DNA from: an uncultured Acidobacteriota bacterium
GTDB lineage: Bacteria > Actinomycetota > Acidimicrobiia > Spongiisociales > ZC4RG35
DNA length: 64,000 bases
Direction of reading: 5' to 3'
Assembly: GCA_963828465.1 (NCBI GenBank)
Contig: CAWHEU010000022.1
Location: 288,001-352,000 of the forward strand
The position numbers and the translations under genes were made by a program. Shown in pieces: positions 32,669 through 43,378 of this stretch (positions are counted from its first letter, which is position 1; each line of letters opens with the position of its first letter). The notes under the pieces are model-generated. The model saw only the letters and a list, made by a program, of their open reading frames with translations. It did no database searches and was not told where the DNA came from.

Positions 32669-33576
32669 AGGCTCAGTATTGCCCGGGCAAGACTGGCGGC
32701 ACTGGCCAGGGCGGCGATATGGGTCTCCAGTGCCACGACGGTGACACCATCGATGTCCCCTGCATCGTCGCTATCCGTGTTGTCGACCACCAGCGTGTCA
32801 ATCAGGCCCTGGTAGGAGGCGACTACGGCATTCGACCCGGATCCGAGACCCAGATCGGCCATCACGACATCGGCCGGCCCTTTCAGTGCGCGACCGCCGA
32901 TCAGTGGGCTGACCGCGATCACATGAGGGTGCCGCCGGACGGCCTGCTCTATCGACTCGATTGCGAGGATCGGCCAGATCGACAGTGGGGGATTGGATGG
33001 CCCGATCACCAGGAGGTCGGCGCCGTCGATCGCCTCGATGACGCCGGGGGCGGCGGTGGCGTCCGCATCGCCTTCGAAATCCAGCTTCTTCACGTGGTCG
33101 CGGTGACGTCGATCTACGAAATACTCCCGGAAGGTGAGCCTGCTCCCGTCCGTCGTCGTGATCATTGTCCGAAGCTGGTCATCGGACGCAGGCAGCACCT
33201 TGGATCGAATCGCGAAGCCTTCGCGGACGGAGTCGGTCACCTCGGTCAAGGTGTGACCCTGGGCCAGGCGGTGGCTGCGATAGATCTTGAGAGCCAGGTC
33301 GAGATCGCCCAGTTGAAATTGGTTCTCGACACCGAATCGGGCCAGTTCGGTATTGGCAACGAAGGTGTCGTCGGCCCGCCCCCAGCCCTGCGGGCCTTCG
33401 ATTCCCGCCAGCGTGTAGACCATCGTGTCGAGGTCGGGTGACACATACAGTCCATGGATGGGGAGGTCGTCCCCGACATTCACCACAAGGGTGAGATCGA
33501 CATCCTCGAGCGAGTCGAGCCCGCGTCCGAGTCGGGCGCCACCCACCCCGCCGGAGAGCTCAACGACCCTGGTCAC
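32665..33576 (-). CDS. cofD: 2-phospho-L-lactate/PEP transferase (F420 biosynthesis, FbiA)
   Basis: LSGGVGGA, VNVGDD, SPDLDT..YTLAG, LGDLDLA, GPSNP..SI.PIL, VSPLIGG. Confidence 0.95.
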   Translation of the reverse strand: MTRVVELSGGVGGARLGRGLDSLEDVDLTLVVNVGDDLPIHGLYVSPDLDTMVYTLAGIEGPQGWGRADDTFVANTELARFGVENQFQLGDLDLALKIYRSHRLAQGHTLTEVTDSVREGFAIRSKVLPASDDQLRTMITTTDGSRLTFREYFVDRRHRDHVKKLDFEGDADATAAPGVIEAIDGADLLVIGPSNPPLSIWPILAIESIEQAVRRHPHVIAVSPLIGGRALKGPADVVMADLGLGSGSNAVVASYQGLIDTLVVDNTDSDDAGDIDGVTVVALETHIAALASAASLARAILSL

Positions 33577-33626
33577 GACGTTCGATATTGCTCAGTGGCG
33601 CGCTCCGGTTCACAATGTCCTCCCGC

Positions 33627-36378
33627 ATGACAAGTGTTTCAGCACCGCAGATCGCGGACGAATCGACACCTCTGGTGCCACCGGACGCGCCCCGCGTGAA
33701 AGTGATCGTCACCCTGGTTGAGGGCGCCGACCTCGAGGCAGCCCTGGCCACCGTGGACCGGCAAGTGTATGAGGGCATTCACGACGTCGTGGTCATCACT
33801 GACGAGAATCGTGACGTGCCGGTTGGAGTGAGCCGGATGGCGACACTGGAGGAGGCCATCGCACTCACGGGAGCCGAGGTGGACTATCTCTGGATCCTGC
33901 ACTCCGACGCCAGGCCCCGGCCCGATGCTCTGGCGGCTCTGGTCTCGGAACTCGATCGGAACGAAGCGTCCCTCGGCGGGTCCAAGTTGCTCCTGGCTGG
34001 GACCCGGGACGAGTTGGAGTCGATCGGGAGCGCCACAGACGTGTTCGGCGACCCATTCACAGGTCTCGACGAAGGTGAGATCGATCTCCAGCAGTACGAC
34101 GTCGTGCGTGAGGTTGCCTTCGTGTCCTCGGTATCGATGCTCGTACGACGGGACCTCGCCCAGGGGCTGCGCGGCCTCGACGTCCTCCTCGAGCCGGTGG
34201 CTGCCGGGCTCGACTTCTCGCAGCGGGCCCGTCTTGCTGGAGGACGGGTGATCACCGTCCCTTCGTCGGAGGTCTATCACCAGGCCCGATGTGAGGAGAG
34301 AGCAGGCGGATGGCGGGAGGAAGCCGGCCGTTTGCGGGCCATGCTCAAGGCATATCGCCCGATCACTCTGCTCTGGGTCGTCCCCTTCGAGATCCTCGTT
34401 TCGGTTGTCGACTCGCTGGCCAACCTGATCCTTTTCCGCTGGAGGGTGGGCGCGCGCCACCTGATGTCCTGGCTTTGGAATCTCAGGCATCTGCCTTCGA
34501 CGATCGGCGAGCGCCGGCGCTTCCGGCAGGTTCGGGCCGTTGGTGACGAGGAGCTTTTCAGGTTCCAGTCGAGGGGCTCGGTACGACTGCGAGAGGTCGG
34601 TTCTGAGATCACCGATCGTGTGCTCTCCGTCTTCGACGACGACCAGGCCCTTGCCCGCGGGACCAGGAGGATCTGGTCGAGCCCCGGCATCTGGGGCGCC
34701 CTCTTCGCCGCTGCCGTCGTCCTGATCGCTTCGTGGTCGATCTTCTTCAATGGGGTTCCCAACGCCGGCTTCAACTTCCCATTCGAGCCTCCGACAGTGG
34801 CCCTCGACCGCTTCTTCGCCGGATGGAACGACTCCAGTCTGGGCTCGCCTGATGCGGTGCACCCCGCCTCCGGGTTCAGCGGGCTGATCTCCCTGGTCTG
34901 GTTCGGCGCAGAGGGTGCCGCTCGGACCATCGCCACCATCCTCTTTGCCGTTTTGGCCGTCCTGGGCATGGGCCGGCTGGCTGGTCGTCTCGGATTCAGG
35001 GGACCGGGTCGCTATCTCGCCGGCCTCGTGCTCCTCGCCGGCCCGGGAACGGCGCTCATCGTCGGAGCCGGATCCTGGCTCGCCCTGGGTGCGGCCGCCT
35101 TGTTGCCCTGGGCGGTTCGCTCCGTGGTCCTCCACCCCGACGACCGCGGGAGGAGTTGGTTGACCCATATCGGCTGGGTCCTGGTCTGGACGATCCTGCT
35201 CATGGCCGTCTCGCCCGTGCTCGGCGTCGTTCCGATCATCGCCGCGGTCCTGTGGCGCCTGTTGGGTGGGAGTCGGTCCTCCCTTCGCCTCGGCCTGGTC
35301 ACGCTCCTGGCCGGGGTCGTGGCTGTGGGATTCGTGTACGACGACCAGGGGTGGCTGCTCGATTTCGATCGTCGGCTGCGTCTGATCATCCCCGATTGGT
35401 GGCCGGTCCTCATCGCCCTCACCGCAATCCCACTGATGCTGATCGCCGGCCGCACCCGTCGGTTCGGCCTCTTCGGAGCCCTCATCGGCCTCGGCGGCAT
35501 GTTTGCCGTGAGGGTGCCGTTGGGGGGGACCCGGCATCGAAGAAGCGGGCCTGGTCCTGGCTTCGTTCGGCTCGGCCTTGCTGGTTGCCGCCGCTCTCGA
35601 CCGGCTCAGCATCGAACCCCGTCGACTCCTGGCGTCGATGGGCGCTGCTGTCATGATCCTCCTCTCGGCGGCAGGGTTGATGAATGGGCGTCTCGGTTTG
35701 CCCGCTGGTGACATCAACGACCGGTTCGGTTTTGCCTCGACGCTGGCAGAGCAGGGGAATCCAGGGCGCGTGTTGGTGATCTCGGCCGATCGCGGGCTGA
35801 TCCCTGGCGAGGCGCGGCCCGGGCCGGGCATCTGGTACCGGACACTGGACGGTCAGGGAACAACTCTCGATGAGGTTTGGCTGCCCGAGCCGCAGCCGGG
35901 TGACGACCGCCTCGCCGATGTGATCGACCGCATCGCAAGTGGTGCGGATCTCCGGCCCGGGGCGCTCCTGGCCGAATTCGCCATCGATTGGGTTGTGGTC
36001 GAGGGCACCGAGACCCCGTTGGACCCGATTCTCGACTCCCAGGTGGACCTCACCCCGACCCCGCTGATCACCGGGGCCAAGGTGTTCGAGAACCCCCAGT
36101 CTGCCGAAATGGCGGCTGTCGACGAAGACCTGGTCTGGCATCGGGAAGGAACTGGCTTCGCGGGCGCTCCCTCGTCGGACCCTCTCTCGATACGGGTCAA
36201 CTACTCGGATGGATGGGCACCGCAACCAGGGCAGAGCGACTGGTTCACTGCCGTGTCTGCGGTGGACGGGCAGGCGAGCTTCTCGGCCTCGGGATACCTG
36301 TCCTACGCTCCCTACGCCGCCGCACTGCTCTTCGTTTTGGCAATTGGCCTCGTTTCCTGGGGAAGGGCGCGACGATGA
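33627..36378 (+). CDS. GT2-like glycosyltransferase with large membrane domain; frameshift at the G7 run near 35523
   Basis: LWILHSDARPRPDAL, EIDLQQYD, LDFSQRARLAGGRV; many TMs; continues in ORF 35578-36378; usual position before DUF5719. Confidence 0.82.
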
Positions 36379-37667
36379 TGAAGGCTCTTCTCGCCATCCT
36401 GGTTGCGGCCCTAACCGTCGGCGTTTTGCTGATCCCGAGACCCGAGCCGCCTCAGGCCGACGAAGTTGCTGCCGTCAACGCGCCGGCCGTTGCCGTGTGC
36501 CCGGTGGAGGAGGGGAGTGGTCGGACCACGACCATCGGGGTGGCATCCGGGGTCAACGGCGAGGGCCGCTTCACCGCCTTCGCCGCCGGCGTGCCGGCGG
36601 GCTCGGTCACGTTCTCGACCGGAGAGTCTGGCTCGGCTGCGATTCCTATTGCCGAGGTTGCCCCGCTGGGCACGGGGGCCGGTCTCGCCGAATTGCCGGG
36701 GCAGGACGTGGCTGCGGCATCTGTCTTCGTGGGGGCCCAAACGGCCGCCGTCGAGGGCTGTCTCCGCACACCCACACAGCAATCGTTGCTCGCCGGCGGA
36801 TCCACGGTGAGCGGCGAGAGATTCCAGGTACAGCTGATGAACCCGTATGCGGGTGAGGCGATTGTGGATCTGATCGTCCAGTCGGAGTCCGGTCTCGAGG
36901 CCGCTCCGCAGCTGCGAGGGATTTTGGTGCCGTCACGCTCATCCGTAGTGATCGACCTCGCCGAGCTCTTGCCCGGAAGACAGTCACTTTCCATTGCCAT
37001 CGAGGTGGCGAGTGGAAATGTCATGACGGTCGGCCGCTTCGATGCCGGCGCAGACGGCGCTCTCTGGCATTCGGTGGCGCCGGCGTCCGATTGGTACGTG
37101 CCGGTGCCAGGTGGGGGTCTCGAAGGCGAACTCATCGTCTCGACGGGTGTCGCCGCCGAGATGACATTTCAGGTCGATGTCTATGGGGCGCAAGGCGTGA
37201 TCGAGGGGTTCCGGGAGGGCGTCGTGCCGAGCAGGGGAGCGACGAGCGTGCCGCTTGCCGATATGGAGCTCCAGGGTGCGTCTGCATTCAGGGTGATCAC
37301 GACTCAGCCGGCGGCGGTCTTCCTGCGAGATATTTCCGATGCGGGCGTGGCGATCACAAGTGGAGCGACGACGACGGCGTCGACATGGCTCCTCCCCGGT
37401 GCCGGATTGGCTCCCGGCGGGAGGGGTAGCGCTGTCATCCTCAATGCGGGACTCGAGGAGGCTTCCGTCGTCCTCACGGCTCGACGAGCGCAGTCTGCCA
37501 CTAAGGAACTGACCGTCCCGGCCGGAACCGTCGTCCAGGTGCAGGCGGTCGAGGGTCGCGCCAGCGCCTACACGGTCGAGGGATCCGGCGACCTGGTGGC
37601 GCTGTGGGTGACGAATACCGACACCGGCAAAGCTGAGAGCATCGGCGTGCCGATCATCGATGAATGA
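36375..37667 (+). CDS. DUF5719-like secreted protein
   Basis: Signal/TM, CP motif, LAGGST, LMNPY, GILVPSRSSVVIDL; synteny with the GT2 gene. Confidence 0.75.
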   Translation: MMKALLAILVAALTVGVLLIPRPEPPQADEVAAVNAPAVAVCPVEEGSGRTTTIGVASGVNGEGRFTAFAAGVPAGSVTFSTGESGSAAIPIAEVAPLGTGAGLAELPGQDVAAASVFVGAQTAAVEGCLRTPTQQSLLAGGSTVSGERFQVQLMNPYAGEAIVDLIVQSESGLEAAPQLRGILVPSRSSVVIDLAELLPGRQSLSIAIEVASGNVMTVGRFDAGADGALWHSVAPASDWYVPVPGGGLEGELIVSTGVAAEMTFQVDVYGAQGVIEGFREGVVPSRGATSVPLADMELQGASAFRVITTQPAAVFLRDISDAGVAITSGATTTASTWLLPGAGLAPGGRGSAVILNAGLEEASVVLTARRAQSATKELTVPAGTVVQVQAVEGRASAYTVEGSGDLVALWVTNTDTGKAESIGVPIIDE

Positions 37668-38019
37668 GGTCTGGCTCCGGCTGGCGATCGTCATTGCGGC
37701 CGTTGCCGTCTCCCTCCTGATCGTTGCAATGCTGCGACGTCGGCCGGCGGCCTCGGGCAGCCGCGATGGTGGTGCGCTCGCCCCCGGCGTCTACCTCTTT
37801 ACGTCCTCAACGTGCATCGACTGCATCGGGGCTCGGGAGCGCCTGGAGGACATGCTGGGCAGCGCCGGATACATCGAGATCGGGTGGGAGGACGACCCCG
37901 GTTTGTTCACACATTTGGGCATCGATGCCGTGCCTTGCACCGTCGTCGTCGGCGATGACGGCTCTGCCTCGCTCTACCTGGGCATGCCCGACGGGGCGCT
38001 CGGGGGCTTGAATCCTTGA
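37660..38019 (+). CDS. Membrane-anchored thioredoxin-like protein
   Basis: N-terminal TM, LFTSSTCIDC, GIDAVP (cis-Pro position). Confidence 0.75.
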   Translation: MNEVWLRLAIVIAAVAVSLLIVAMLRRRPAASGSRDGGALAPGVYLFTSSTCIDCIGARERLEDMLGSAGYIEIGWEDDPGLFTHLGIDAVPCTVVVGDDGSASLYLGMPDGALGGLNP

Positions 38020-38044
38020 ACAGGGAAGGCCCAACACCTACCGT
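38016..38044 (+). promoter_or_regulatory. Sigma-A-type promoter for a leaderless DUF3499 gene
   Basis: TTGAAC (38016-21), 17-nt spacer, TACCGT (38039-44), ATG 7 nt later. Confidence 0.6.
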
Positions 38045-38051
38045 TTCCGGC

Positions 38052-38273
38052 ATGATTCTCAGTTGTGCCCGTTGTGGCTCGCCGGCTGCCGCCGTTATGA
38101 CCTTCTCCTACCCGGACAGTTCGGTCTGGATGGACGACCTCGTCAACGGCGTCGAGCGACGCGGGTACGCCATGTGTGCCGATCATGCCGATCGCATGAT
38201 CCCCCCTCTCGGGTGGACGTTGACCGACCGTCGGACCGTCACCCGGCTGTTCGCCCCGCTTTCCGTGGCCTGA
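38052..38273 (+). CDS. DUF3499-family protein
   Basis: CARCG..A...MTFSY....VW..L.......YAMCADHADRM.PP.GW. Confidence 0.8.
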   Translation: MILSCARCGSPAAAVMTFSYPDSSVWMDDLVNGVERRGYAMCADHADRMIPPLGWTLTDRRTVTRLFAPLSVA

Positions 38274-38551
38274 TGTCCCTCGACCGCGATCTGCTCGATG
38301 CGGTCAAGGATCTCGACGAGCACGATCTTCGTCGGCTGCTCATCCTGACCCGAGCCCAGCTTCAGGGCTCAGGTGCCCTCGGGGCGGATGACCACCCCGA
38401 AGTGCATCTACGGCAGCAGGCGGTGCGATGCGGGAAGTCGGGTTGCACCCGTTGTCCGCACGGCCCTTACTGGTACGCCTATTGGACCGAGAACGGGCGG
38501 AGGCGGAGCCGCTATGTGGGCCGTCTCCTGGACGAGGAGGCGTTGTTGTAG
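38273..38551 (+). CDS. DUF6788-like small protein
   Basis: RCGKSGCTRCPHGPYWYAYW..NGRRRSRYVG; TGATG overlap with the upstream stop. Confidence 0.75.
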   Translation: MSLDRDLLDAVKDLDEHDLRRLLILTRAQLQGSGALGADDHPEVHLRQQAVRCGKSGCTRCPHGPYWYAYWTENGRRRSRYVGRLLDEEALL

Positions 38552-38596
38552 GGCCTCGACGGTCGTACCATGTGCCCACCCCAGTTTCGAGACGAG

Positions 38597-38773
38597 ATGA
38601 ACTGTCCACAGTGCTCAAAACCTGATGTGATCGAGATCGAGCACGTCCTCCCCGACGGGACCCAGGTCCTGTTCTTCGCATGTCACAACTGCGAGGAGAG
38701 GTGGTGGAATCGGGATGGCGAGGACATCGACATCTCGCAAGTTCTGGAGATCGTCCGACAGCATCGCGCGTGA
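38597..38773 (+). CDS. Small zinc-ribbon protein
   Basis: MNCPQC...FACHNCEERWW..DGE; 58 aa; stop overlaps the next start (GTGA). Confidence 0.7.
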   Translation: MNCPQCSKPDVIEIEHVLPDGTQVLFFACHNCEERWWNRDGEDIDISQVLEIVRQHRA

Positions 38774-41110
38774 CAACTCCACGGTCTCTTCTGCGGGGCA
38801 ATCCCTGGCCGATCGTCCTCACCCTCGCCGGCATCTCCCTCGTCATCCTCGTGGTGATGAACCCGTGGTGGATCGTGTCGTCCACGACTCCGACCGGCGG
38901 CGATATGGGGGCTCACGTCCTTGGTCCCGCATTCCTGAGAGACAGCCTCCTACCTGAAGGCAGGATCCAGGGGTGGTCCAACGATTGGTTCGCCGGCTTT
39001 CCGGCCTTCTACTTCTACTTTCCCCTGCCCTCATTGACCATTGTCTTCCTGGACCTGTTCCTGCCCTACGGCGTCGCCTTCAAAGTCGTCACCGTCATGG
39101 GTCTCCTGGCCACACCACCGGCCGCCTACTACCTGGCCCGCTCCATGCGGCTCGGGAAGCACATCTCCCTGGTGGCGGCAGGCGCGGGGGTCGTGTTCGC
39201 CTTTTTCGAGAGCTATTCCATCTACGGGGGCAACATTGCCTCGACTCTCGCCGGCGAGTTTGCCTACTCCTGGTCCTTCGCCCTATCTCTGCTCTATCTC
39301 GGCTTGCTCATCCGGGCGGTCCGAGACGATCGGAGATATCTCAAGTGGGCGGCTGTCGCCCTGGCCGCCACCGCGCCTATCCCATGTCCTGACGACGATC
39401 GTCGTCATCTTCGCCTCGCTCTTCGTCCTGCCCTGGCGGAAGGGCTTCTGGCGCACTCTCGCCATCTGGCTCTGGGGATTCGCCATCGCCGCCTTCTGGG
39501 CCCTGCCGCTCATCGCTCGCATCGGGTTCAGCTCGGACATGTCATGGACTCCGCTGTCCCGGTGGGAGGAGATCTTCCCGGTCGAGTTGTGGCTCCTGCT
39601 CCCACTGGCCATCCCGGGGGCAGTCTGGATCAGCCGTCGCACTTCGCGGGCCGCGCCCTTGCTGGCAGCGACGATCCTGCCCGTCCTCTACTTCCCGCTC
39701 CCTCACATCATGCCCGAGCTCTTCCCGACCGTGTTCGGCGGGGAGCGTTGGAAGCTGTGGAACGGCCGCCTTCTCCCTTATTGGTATTTCGGAGTCGCCT
39801 TCTTCGCCGCTGTCGGCGTCGGGGCGGCGATCGTCTGGCTGTCGAGACGATTGCCCTCCCGGATCTCGGCGTATTGGCCGCGGGCATTGATTGCCGTCAT
39901 CACGGTGGTTGCCTGCTCGTTGGTCATCGATTCGACCGAGTTCCCGGCATGGGTGGCGATCCCGGTCGGCGTGGCCGGGGCTCTGATCATCGGGCTCACG
40001 TTCTTATGGGGGTCGAACCTCTCCACCCGCACGTTCCTCACCGGGGCCACGGTTTCCATCGTGGTTCTTGGCGCCCTCACCGGTGTGACCTTTGTCGACG
40101 GGTGGGCCAAATGGAACTACGCAGGGTACGAGAACAAGGACAAGTGGCCCGAGTACGAGGCGCTCATGGCCGAGATCGACACCCTTCCGGAGGGAAGAGT
40201 CCATTGGGAGGCTGCAAACAAGGAGCTCGGTGTCTATGGGACACCCATGTCCCCGATGCTGATCCCGTACTGGACCGAAGGCTCCCACCCCTCGATGGAG
40301 GGGCTCTTCTTCGAGTCTTCGCTGACCACCCCGTTCCATTTCATCAACTCGTCCGAGATGTCGGAGCGTCCGTCGAACCCGATACCGGGTTTGCAGTACC
40401 ACACGGGTGAGATGGAACGCGGGCTCAAGCACCTCGAGCTGTTCGGCGTCGACTACTACGTGTCGGTGACGCCTGAGGCCACGGAGCGCGCTGACGGGAT
40501 CTCGGAGATGTCGAAGCTGGCCACGACCGGGCCGTTCAGCATCTACCAGCTCCCCGAGACGGAGTTGGTCGAGGTGGCGTCGCACCTTCCGTCGGTCTAC
40601 GAGGTCCCGGAGCACGGCCTGCTCGACTCGCTGACGGGCTCAGATACAGTCACCGGATCGGATGGCGAGGAGCTGCCGAGCTTCTTCGACATGGCTCTCA
40701 CCTGGTACGAGGACGTCGACAATCTCGACAGATTGGTTGTGACCGACGGCCCCGTGGAATGGCCTCGCATCGAGTCCGTCGATGAGAGACCCGATGTCGC
40801 GCTGAATGCTCCGGCGGATGCGGTCAGCGACATCGTCGTCGAGAACCACAAGATCTCGTTCACTACCACTGCGGTGGGTATGCCTCACCTGGTCAAGGTT
40901 TCCTATTTCCCGAACTGGACCGCGACCGGTGCCGATGGCCCCTGGCGAGCGACGCCGTCTCTGATGGTGGTCGTGCCCACCAGCGAGCAGGTCGTTCTCG
41001 AGTTCCAGGACACGTGGGCTGAGACCGGAGGGAAGATCACCACCCTGGTCGGGGTCTTGGGTCTAGTCGGTGTCGGGATCTGGGGCGTGCGCCGCCGCCA
41101 GGCGTCGTGA
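38770..41110 (+). CDS. YfhO/PTPS-related polytopic membrane protein (putative GT-C glycosyltransferase); frameshift near 39370
   Basis: TGGDMGAH, GWSNDWFAGFPAFYFYFPLP, GNIASTLAGEF; C-terminal LVKVSYFPNW and PSLMVV. Confidence 0.8.
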
Positions 41111-41800
41111 CTCGTCGGCCAGCGTCCGGCGAATGCGCAGCAACCCGTTGATCGTTCTCGGCACCCGCTTCACCAGCGAGGAACGCGCCACCCTCATCTC
41201 CTCGACAACGACCGGCACCTCCTCGATCCGATAGCCGGCCCGCTCAGCCCGGATCACCAACTCGGTATCGAAGAGGTCCTGACGACTGAGAACCGACGGG
41301 GTGACCGTGGCGACGAGATCACGACGGAAGGCCTTCATGCCGTGGGTGTCGCTCACCTTCGAGTCGAGGATGGTGCGCAACAACAGGTTGAAGACCCAGG
41401 TGGCAATCCTTCTGAGCAGTGGTCGCCTGTCCTCCGATCCGGGATCGCGCTTCGAGGCGATGACCAGGTCGACGTCGTCCAAGGCGAGAACTCGCTTCAG
41501 AAAGTCGGCCGAGAAGTAATCGATGTCGAAGTTGACTACCCAGTCGCCGTCGCCAGCGAGGAACCCATGCCGCATGGCCGCCCCGTAGTCGGGGACGTCG
41601 AGGGACAACACCGTCACCGGGTGATTTTCGGCGACCTGTTGAGCCACGGATGCGGTCCCGTCGGTCGAGCCGTTCTCGACGAGGAAGATCCGGTACGGCT
41701 CGCCGATGCTCTCCATCTGCTCGATGAGCGTCGGAACGGCTTCCGGGATGAATTCGGCCTCGTTGTACACGGGGACCACTATCGAGAAGGTGGGGCGCAT
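41063..41800 (-). CDS. GT2 glycosyltransferase (polyprenol-phosphate glycosyltransferase-like)
   Basis: SIVVPVYNE, VENGSTDGT, FDID, DTHGMKAFRR, FDTELV. Confidence 0.88.
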   Translation of the reverse strand: MRPTFSIVVPVYNEAEFIPEAVPTLIEQMESIGEPYRIFLVENGSTDGTASVAQQVAENHPVTVLSLDVPDYGAAMRHGFLAGDGDWVVNFDIDYFSADFLKRVLALDDVDLVIASKRDPGSEDRRPLLRRIATWVFNLLLRTILDSKVSDTHGMKAFRRDLVATVTPSVLSRQDLFDTELVIRAERAGYRIEEVPVVVEEMRVARSSLVKRVPRTINGLLRIRRTLADESRRLAAAHAPDPDTD

Positions 41801-41858
41801 CCGGGTCGCAAGTGTAGAAATGAGCATGGGATAGGCCCACCTCTAGACTCCGCCGCCG

Positions 41859-43202
41859 ATGAGCCCCGATTCCGTGTTCAAGGCCTATGACGTGCGCGGG
41901 CGCACGGACAACGGCGAAATCACGCCGGATCTGTACCGGAAGATCGGTGGAGCGTTCCTTCTACTGGTCGAGGCCGACGAGGTGGCGGTGGGTCGGGACT
42001 GCCGCAAGTCGTCAGATCCGTTGTTCGAGGCGCTGGTGGAGGGGCTCACAGCCGCCGGCGCCAACGTCGTCGACCTGGGGCAGGTGCCGACCGATCTGGT
42101 CTATTTCTACTCGGGCAAGCACTCGGTCCCGGGTGCGATGATCACCGCATCCCACAACCCTCCCGAATACAACGGGTTGAAGCTTTGCCGGGCCGGAGCG
42201 GCTCCCGTGGGCGCGGATACGGGGCTGGATGACATCAAGAAGGCGGTGATCGAGGGCGAGACACGTCAGTCTGCATCTCCCGGCACGATTCGCACCGTGG
42301 ACGCCGTCGACGACTACATCGATCACCTCCTCGACATAGTCGATGGGTCAACGATCGGCCCGTTGCAGGTGGCCGTCGACGCCGGGAACGGGATGGCTGG
42401 GGTGACCATCGAGAAAGTCTTCGCCCGTGTCGAGGCCACGCTGGACGGCATCTACCTGGAGCCCGACGGCACCTTTCCCAACCATCCGGCGGACCCCATT
42501 CAGCCCGAGAATCTGCGTGATCTGATCGAGAAGGTGGCCGACGGTGGGCACGACATTGGTGTCGCCTTCGACGGTGACGCCGATCGCGCCTTCTTCATCG
42601 ACGACAAGGCCGAGGCAGTGAGCGGGAGCACCGTCACCGCGCTCATCGCCCGGTGGATGCTCGAACGACACCCTGGTGCCTCGATCATCCACAACCTGAT
42701 CACCTCTCGCGCCGTCCCGGAGACGATCAGAGCCGCCGGGGGGACTCCGATTCGAACCAGGGTCGGTCATAGCTACATCAAGCAGGTCATGGCGGAGTCG
42801 GGCGCTGTCTTCGGAGGTGAGCACAGCGGCCACTACTACTTTGCCGACAACTTCCGGGCGGACTCGGGGATGCTGGCAATGCTGATCCTCCTGCGCGTGA
42901 TCTCAGAAGCCGGTCGACCTCTGTCGGTCCTCCGTCGCGACGTGGAGCCATATCGGGCATCAGGGGAGATCAATTTTGTCGTCTCCGACGTCGATGTGGC
43001 CATGAAACGTGTGGAGGCGATGTATCCCGACGCCGGCGTGGACCACATCGACGGGATGACGATCGATCTGGGGGACGTTTGGTTCAATCTGCGGCCGTCG
43101 AACACCGAGCCGCTGTTGAGACTGAATGCCGAATCTGCCGACGATCGTGCCCTGAAAGCGACGGTGGACCAGTTGGTAGCCACCCTCGAGGAGGAGAAAT
43201 GA
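41859..43202 (+). CDS. manB: Phosphomannomutase/phosphoglucomutase
   Basis: FKAYDVRG, ITASHNP, FDGDADR, GGEHSGHYYF, RPSNTEP. Confidence 0.95.
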   Translation: MSPDSVFKAYDVRGRTDNGEITPDLYRKIGGAFLLLVEADEVAVGRDCRKSSDPLFEALVEGLTAAGANVVDLGQVPTDLVYFYSGKHSVPGAMITASHNPPEYNGLKLCRAGAAPVGADTGLDDIKKAVIEGETRQSASPGTIRTVDAVDDYIDHLLDIVDGSTIGPLQVAVDAGNGMAGVTIEKVFARVEATLDGIYLEPDGTFPNHPADPIQPENLRDLIEKVADGGHDIGVAFDGDADRAFFIDDKAEAVSGSTVTALIARWMLERHPGASIIHNLITSRAVPETIRAAGGTPIRTRVGHSYIKQVMAESGAVFGGEHSGHYYFADNFRADSGMLAMLILLRVISEAGRPLSVLRRDVEPYRASGEINFVVSDVDVAMKRVEAMYPDAGVDHIDGMTIDLGDVWFNLRPSNTEPLLRLNAESADDRALKATVDQLVATLEEEK

Positions 43203-43378
43203 GCCTGATCGATCCGCAGCTGGCCGCCATTCTGGTTTGCCCTGTCGACAAGGCTGACCTCACAGAGGATGAGGCGGCCTCCCGGTTGGTCTGCTCGGAA
43301 TGTGGCCGCAGGTATCCCGTCCGGGATGGGATACCTGTGATGCTGGTAGAGGAAGCAGAAGGTGGCCCCGATGAGTGA
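43199..43378 (+). CDS. Trm112-family protein
   Basis: ILVCPVDK..L......LVC.ECGRRYPVRDGIPVML. Confidence 0.9.
   Translation: MSLIDPQLAAILVCPVDKADLTEDEAASRLVCSECGRRYPVRDGIPVMLVEEAEGGPDE

Noticed and set aside
35521-35530. G7 tract as a phase-variation switch
   Set aside because: The run is short and fits the window-wide +1 error pattern; read data would be needed.
33639-35831. 730-aa antisense ORF and similar long shadow ORFs (e.g. 18869-20365, 14396-15784)
   Set aside because: They lie opposite well-supported genes, have no motifs, and are expected in high-GC DNA.
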